Shown piece by piece: positions 57,305 through 64,000 of a stretch of DNA of 64,000 bases (its first letter is position 1; each line of letters opens with the position of its first letter). The translations under genes were made by a program, and so were the position numbers. Source of the stretch: Bigelowiella natans CCMP2755 (lineage: Eukaryota > Protista > Cercozoa); contig ADNK01003302.1 in assembly GCA_000320545.1 (NCBI GenBank), positions 82,121 through 146,120 on the forward strand, read 5' to 3'. The notes under the pieces were generated by a model. That model saw only the letters and a list, made by a program, of their open reading frames with translations, had not been told where the DNA came from and did no database searches.

Positions 57305-59407
57305 ATGACAGGATGGATTATATCGGACAGGTTGTAATTCATGGAAATAGGCGCGGGAATGCGGGAAGTACGTCTGAATTATCGGTGATGATTTGATTGA
57401 TATCCTCCTCCATAGTCTCAAGGTCGTTGTTGTTGCAATACTCCTGATGGGGACTCTGCTTCAACTCAGCTTACCGTGGAATGTGGTACGACGAACTTAT
57501 TGTGTGCCCCCCCTATGCGTATATTCTTCTTGCGTATGGTGAAATCAGTATCTAGTATCCCTACAGGTTATCCGAAGATACATCCATCGTACCAATCTAG
57601 TCATCGGTGTCGTTTTACTGACTTGGCTTATCAATTTCCACGGGTAATTTCTGCATGAATAATGCACACACATACACACACACATGTGATGTGTGTGTGT
57701 GTGTGTGTGTATGTGATCAATACGTAGAGGTCCACAATGTATATGATGGTTATAAATTGTTCCAATTTTCCCAGATTATGTGGCTTCGGATGGATAGCGT
57801 ACATTATTCTTTCCGAGATCGTCATCTATTTGCTGCTGATGGAGTGCATCGTAATCATGTAAAAAGACACTTCTTTCTTTGGCTGTTCAATCTTAGGATT
57901 ATGCCATTTCCATGTTTTGTATTTTAGGTTTTGGATTACACGTGCAAGTTATGAGTCAACGAATCTGTCAGACAGACTTCCCCATAGGTATTATTCAACT
58001 CACTTATGCCTTGAAGGGCAATCAACCGTATTTTTCCATCGTAACCTCTATCGCTGTAGATACGGGATCTACTACCTAATCGGGGCAATAATCTACTCAC
58101 TGAGGTACTCTTCGGCTAGTTGTTGTGCGTTAAAGACTTTTACGATGGTTCCTTATTTATTGCAGTGTTGTTACAAGCGTTTCTCTTACCATCGCATACG
58201 ACAACTATCGGTATCGTTAAAACTTCATATTTCCATGAGAACTTTCATTTGTTCGCATGCTACTTCTTTCAACAAATCTTGGCATCAATAATATTGGCTG
58301 GCTTGTAAGTTATTCTTAAACCCGTTTCATCATCAAGAATCCACTAACCTCTACTGCAGATTCTCTTTGATTCGTCATGTGGCTGGCGGTGTTGTGTTGA
58401 TCCTAACTATTGTAATCACTACCACTCTACTCTCCAAATTGAAGGGGTAATTCGGAATTATTCTCGTTTTTGTGCCAGCTCGTAGTATCTGACTCGATGT
58501 GATGCTGATCATTGCATTGACGAAGTGTGAATGTCTGCGGAAAATATGCAGCATGCTCCAGAACTTGAACACATCATTTGGTCATCTTGCCGAGGAAGAA
58601 GTAAGCAAACTAGCTCATTACACAACTTTGATTACCAGTGATAATGGATTCCTGCTTAGGGATACCCGCACAACGTCGTGCAAATCAATCAGATCAAACG
58701 AACCCTGGCATCAATAATATTAGCTGGCTTGTAAGTTTTTCTTTAACTTTCATCAAGAATACCACTATTCCTGCATTGCAGTGAGAACTTACATCTGTTG
58801 TTATTACTATGTTCAGTGGGACCTTGCTAGGCCTGGTTTTCTTCAGTTTTCAATCTGCAACTTCGAAAAATAGGTAGTAATACTGCACGGCCATGATCCT
58901 TTCTTTCCTGACGAAACCCCTCCCAAATTACACAGATCCTATAGCAAGCGCATTCACGAAGAAAGAGAACATTACAATCTTTATTCAGACCTGATAGGGT
59001 AAATGGGGCATTTGTTTGTGGTTCTAGTCTTGATGAAAGTACAGTAACTTCTTACATTTTGATATCATCCGTAGATATTGGTTGGTCCTCGTAGCATACT
59101 TCTTCATGGTAGTAATAATAATAATGAAAAGCCTTCATACGCTCCTGCGCATGGGTGCTTAGTTCGTTGGGGATAATATAGTTTTTTGGTCGCGTAATTC
59201 AGGTTTACTACACTTGGATGCCCATGGAGAACAGCAGTTGTTGTTCGGTTTGCTCAGACATTTCCACTGAGTAACTATCTGCTCTCAAATGCTATTCATT
59301 ATTTATTAGGGACATTTCTTCTGGTTTGCAACTTGGAGCCAGAAGTAAGTGATTATATCATGGTTGAAACCTGTGATGCACTCACAACATTTATCAGAAG
59401 CAAGCTT

Positions 59408-59442
<35 letters not shown>

Positions 59443-59473
59443 GCCCTCTTTGCGTGATCTCCCCCTCTCACTC

Positions 59474-59523
<50 letters not shown>

Positions 59524-59840
59524 CATTTATAAATATAGTAATGCTGATGCGATTCGTGTGTACGTATGATGTATATCTTTACGCCTTCTTCGTCTTCAGC
59601 ACACCACAGAATGGACATCAAAGGGAGAGTTTTGGAAGCTTCTACTCTATTGATGCAGAGCGCACACCAACTGGATCAGGAGATAAATGGATCGTTGTCC
59701 CTGGTAGTGAAGGGTTTACCCATGACATGGGAAACGTGTCAGACGAAACACGAGGTGAATTATTTAGTGCTACTACGTACAATAGAAGTGCCTCAGTGCA
59801 TCCTGATTTCGAAGATATCGATTATTCAGTGGAAGGATGA
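57305..59840 (+). CDS. Hypothetical multipass membrane protein with many short exons
   Basis: GT-AG exons encode successive hydrophobic helices (LKVVVVAILLMGTLL, LVIGVVLLTWLI, WIAYIILSEIVIYLLL, YGIYYLIGAIIYSL, VAGGVVLILTIVIT, LASIILAGL, YWLVLVAYFFM) followed by a hydrophilic tail. Confidence 0.65.
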
Positions 59841-60312
59841 AAATGCAAACAAATTTTGCGCGTGCAGCGCAAATGCGCATTATTTTTATATTTGAGGAAT
59901 GAAGATATTATTACGACTTTGCAATTTATTAGCTTTCATTTTGTAATTAAAAAAAATCGTACATCTTACTATCATCAGTCATGCATGTCTAGACACATGC
60001 GAGCATGTAGGAAGATCGACATCTCTGCTAATAACCAGATCTAGACATCTAGACATGCTCGCGCATGCATGCATATCACACACATACACACATATATGTA
60101 TATATATTATATATATACACATTACATGTGCATATGAAGATCGACGCATCGACGCACAATGATGTACACCCCTAGCTATCTAGCATATCTTATCAATCTG
60201 CTAAAGTTCTGCCTACGGACTATCTTCTGTGCACTGCTGCAGCTGTGCCACATTGTTTACAATTTCAAAGATGCTGAACGTGCATGTGTGGCTTATGACA
60301 TATGCGATGACA

Positions 60313-61357
60313 TCATCCATCAGCTAGATCAGCATCCAAGCTTATTTGTATCCGTATTTTTCCATTTATAAATTCATTAGATTTGTTTTTCACCATCATA
60401 ATTTTGCGCTGAGCTTTTGAAGCAGAAATATTAGTATAATTGGCCTCCAGAAAGGGCTCCAAGATTCCCAGCTTCTCTTTGTATAGAGCCAAGGCATGCG
60501 GCCCCACCAACACATGCGGCATTTATTTTGATTGGAATCTTTCCTGGCTGCGCAACACCATAAAGTTTCTTTATCTCGTGATATGCAGAGAAAATATTCT
60601 CCTCGTCGCCACATTTTTTTGCCTAAGCACGTAATTTGTATTGTTATTATTCACAATCGCCGTTCTACTACATATAATCCAAAGACTCATTTCATTACCA
60701 AGAGTTCGCAGCCTTCCTCTTCTAGTGGACACTCATCAAAGGCACACGTACAGCACTAAATAAAATTCAGAACTAAGTCGTTACAATCAGAATCAGAAAT
60801 TCAGTTACCAAATCTCAACCTTTTCATTTGGAGAGCAACTTTCACTTTCGAAATCAATGCATTCATCCTGCAGAAAGTACGTAAAATTGATATGAGGACA
60901 TCCTAATCTTGAAGAGATATTTTTCGCACCTTGATTTTTAAGCACTCCTCAATTGTCCCAGTTTTGCAGAATTCATCATGAGGGGCAATGTGGCAGTAGA
61001 AACGAGTTACTTCCAGCTCGCACGTGCTTGCGAATCCAAACTTGGGTCCTTCATCAGGTTCATGCTGAGGTTTGCGAAAACAACAACCCGATTAACTTTG
61101 GCCCTGTTAGATATAGATCGGTCCTACATATGTGGTGCGCTCAACTTCTCTAGGGCCGGGTATTCTTGCAGAAACTTCACCCTTAGATTATGAAATCAAT
61201 TTAGATGGTAGGCTCTGTTATGTGATGGTGATAAGATCCCAACTTAGAAAAGCGAATCTCAACGAATCAAAAAATAATATACGTTTGATATCTCCGTGGA
61301 AAGCGCATGCGCTTGGAGGAGGAGGAAGAAGGGTAGAGTTGTTGCAGAGAGCAGCAT
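60313..61357 (-). CDS. Possible hypothetical gene with signal-peptide-like start
   Basis: MLLSATTLPFFLLLQAHALS is followed by several short AG/GT-bounded open segments. Structure not resolved. Confidence 0.33.
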
Positions 61358-61457
61358 CAGCTTTCCACGATGATGGCAACGCAACGAAGGAGGAGTCTCA
61401 ACAGAGTGGTGGTCGCCCGACGTTGGTAGCAACGCAGTACAATACGAGTAGCTGCTG

Positions 61458-61494
<37 letters not shown>

Positions 61495-61749
61495 CGTTCA
61501 TTTGGCGATTTCTCCTAAAACAAGCCATTTATTACAACAACATAGATCTACCTCATGTACTCAAAGAATAATGTCACATAGAAAAAGCAAAGGGGTTTTA
61601 GGCCTCCGACTACCTCTAATAATGCATAAGAATACACTCAGTTCTCTATTCATGCGACATGGAAATAATGTAGTCGCAGAGGAGTAAATCGAATAAAAAA
61701 GGCGGGTAATTCAAAACTCAACGGCTACGGCCACTTACCAATCTCTAGG

Positions 61750-63186
61750 ATGAGCTACCATGTTGCGTCTCATGGACTTCCAATTTACTTCATTCCAATG
61801 TTGGACGATGAAGATCGGAACCAAAAGTATGAAGAAGCTATTCGGAAAGCAATTCAGTGCTTTAAAACGGAACAGGGACGCGCTCCTAACGTCGTAGACT
61901 TGGGTTGTGGTACTGGAATGCTCAGTATCTTCGCTCTTCGTCATGGAGCTGCCAAGGTTACTTCAGTTGACAAAAACAAAGATATGGTCCTAATGTGCCT
62001 CGAAGCAGTTCGTCAGGCCCGAGAATACGAGGGAAATGAATGGGGTGTACACGAGGCTTTTACGGGAACCTTTCCATCAGGTGAGAGGCTAACCAGGTCA
62101 TCCCTTTGGCTCAAATCTGCAAATGGATCGCCACGAAGATTCGATATGATCGTATCAGAGATTCTAGGTACTCTCGCAACGAGCGAGAGTATGTGGACCT
62201 TTGTCAATCAGGCCCGTCCGTTTCTGAATGTCTTCGAAGATTCCAAAGTCTATGCTATACCACAATCTACACAAGTAACAGCGGCATTCTATGAGATGAA
62301 AGAGTTGTTTTCTTCCGAGTCCTCTGGTCACAATTTTGCGCTTCAAGTTGCCCTTGACAGTGGAGTGTTTGGATTTTGGCGAGGAAGGTCCATGCTCCTT
62401 GCTCCTAAATCTGACCCGAGTATGTCCTCCCCTAAGTACATCCCAACGGGGGAAGTGGGCCTTCCTCTTTATGACATGGGGTTTCACCGTACCACGAACA
62501 CAGTCAACCTAAGCCAAGAAGATTATACGTGCGATCCATTTCAACACCATAATCCTGAACGAAACGAGCTTCTTTACTTGAAATACACCAAGGGTCATTG
62601 TCCAAACGCCAAGAGCTTCTTAGTTCTAGAGTGGAGTGCAAATCTGTGGGGTGAAGAGGTCACATTACACAACACTTTAGAAAGCTATCGTGATCTCTCC
62701 TCAAGGAATGCTAGTACTCGGAGCGCAAATTGGGGCCTATTCTGCAGCCGACCTTGGCACTCCAGCCACCCTAAGATCAGCTCGATCGGGTTACAAGTTC
62801 AGAAGTGGGAGGCAGGGGTACCGTACATCAAACTTTCAGACGCATCCTTGATGACTAAGCCAAAGACGCACAATAAGATTGTCAAAAATGCACAAAACGT
62901 GGAAACTAAAAAGAAAGGAATTCAAAGGACTAGCTCCAAGCGCAGAACATCACGGCGCAATAAGACCATAACAAGGGCACCAAAAAGCACACAAAGGGAA
63001 CTGATTAGTGACAGTGGTGCAAACGTTGAAATGAAAAAAGAGAGTGAACAAGATAAAATCATCATGGTTTCTAAAAATGTGGAAAAGTCCACGAATTCGA
63101 GCACTTCGGAACCGCAAACACCAAGAAAGCTCCGTCGCACCCGAAGAGAAGCGAAGAGGAATAGAAAATTGAAAATGAAATTTTGA
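61750..63186 (+). CDS. Protein arginine methyltransferase, PRMT7/9-like single catalytic module with a basic tail; intronless
   Basis: FIPMLDDEDRNQKYEEAI, VVDLGCGTGMLSIFALRHGA, double-E loop DMIVSEILGTLATSE, AIPQS. Confidence 0.82.
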   Translation: MSYHVASHGLPIYFIPMLDDEDRNQKYEEAIRKAIQCFKTEQGRAPNVVDLGCGTGMLSIFALRHGAAKVTSVDKNKDMVLMCLEAVRQAREYEGNEWGVHEAFTGTFPSGERLTRSSLWLKSANGSPRRFDMIVSEILGTLATSESMWTFVNQARPFLNVFEDSKVYAIPQSTQVTAAFYEMKELFSSESSGHNFALQVALDSGVFGFWRGRSMLLAPKSDPSMSSPKYIPTGEVGLPLYDMGFHRTTNTVNLSQEDYTCDPFQHHNPERNELLYLKYTKGHCPNAKSFLVLEWSANLWGEEVTLHNTLESYRDLSSRNASTRSANWGLFCSRPWHSSHPKISSIGLQVQKWEAGVPYIKLSDASLMTKPKTHNKIVKNAQNVETKKKGIQRTSSKRRTSRRNKTITRAPKSTQRELISDSGANVEMKKESEQDKIIMVSKNVEKSTNSSTSEPQTPRKLRRTRREAKRNRKLKMKF

Positions 63187-63832
63187 TCATGGACGGAATG
63201 AAATCAAACTCACTTAGCATTCGAAAAATTCACACTTGAATCACGTGAGCCGCATTGCATGCAAGAACATGACTTGTCCATTGAGCATTTCAATCGATTC
63301 CAGAAAATCACTTGCACAGCTTGAGCACTGCTGAAAACAATGCTTTGGCGGCCGTTGAAAGGTTCGATGATTCGCAATGCAAAAATGATCCAACGGCGGC
63401 CACGTGCAGCATCGTGCATGTCACATGCAGCTGTAAGTGCTAGTGCAATGTGCACATGTGTGTGTGCGTGTGTGTGTGTGTGTGTGTAGCTAGCTAGGTG
63501 TGTGTGTGTGTGCACTCACGACAACTCCGTCAAATCCGTCAGTGACGACTGGGCTAGCTAGCTAGTGGGGTTTGCTAGTTTGCACAAACCATGCTTCAAT
63601 TGTTGTGATTGGACATTGGAAGCACACTGCTAGACTGAAGCCTGTTTGAAGTTCAAATTTGAATTCTTTTCCGAATTTGAGCATCAAAACCTCACTTTTC
63701 AATGCCTGCTAGCCTGCCAGCGGTGCAAATTGCAAAATGCTCACCACTTCTGAAACAGCTAGCGCAGTTGCATTTGCTGTGTGCCACAGCTGTCTAGCTG
63801 TGCCACAAGTTTTGCAAGGTCACGAGAGTGCC
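63187..63832. other. TpA-depleted subtelomeric island 3
   Basis: 14 TA in ~650 bp by manual count, 11 of them in CTAG. Confidence 0.85.
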
Positions 63833-63995
63833 AGGGTTAGGGTTAGGGTTAGGGTTAGGGTTAGGGTTAGGGTTAGGGTTAGGGTTAGGGTTAGGGTTAG
63901 GGTTAGGGTTAGGGTTAGGGTTAGGGTTAGGGTTAGGGTTAGGGTTAGGGTTAGGGTTAGGGTTAGGGTTAGGGTTAGGGTTAGGGTTAGGGTTA
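63833..63995 (+). repeat. Telomeric (TTAGGG)n array, about 26 perfect units; chromosome end
   Basis: Perfect TTAGGG tandem array at the end of the window with the G-rich strand running toward the terminus. Confidence 0.97.
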
Positions 63996-64000
63996 AGCCG

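Noticed and set aside
63996-64000. Non-telomeric AGCCG after the telomere array
   Set aside because: Five bases only; probably linker/vector or end-of-read noise, though an interstitial array cannot be fully excluded.

Overview
Terminal 64 kb of a eukaryotic nuclear chromosome arm, ending in about 26 TTAGGG telomeric repeats. GT-AG introns, microsatellite-rich introns and bipartite signal/transit-like leaders on plastid proteins point to a chlorarachniophyte-type alga with a secondary plastid (inference). I can reconstruct about 17 protein-coding genes, arranged in almost perfect -/+ alternation: an HMG-SNF2-PHD-DEK remodeler (cut by the window edge), an unknown LRGG-leader protein, a thioredoxin-2xPAN protein, copine, ILV3, DPYD, a PH-RhoGAP-SH3 protein, a YANK/STK32-like kinase, ZMYND12, a small basic protein, a CCB2-CCB4 fusion, a minimal NELF-A-like protein, a Methyltransf_32-type methyltransferase, a multipass membrane protein, a poorly defined hypothetical gene and a PRMT7-like enzyme. 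The strongest unexplained signal is three islands (23.9-25.1 kb, 43.3-44.7 kb and the subtelomere at 63.2-63.8 kb). In them the TpA dinucleotide is almost absent except inside CTAG, TG/CA are abundant and CpG is retained. This is what a targeted TA->TG/CA (A-to-G) hypermutation process would leave, the mirror image of fungal RIP. No enzyme for it is encoded in this window. All exon boundaries, alignments and dinucleotide counts were made by eye and are approximate.
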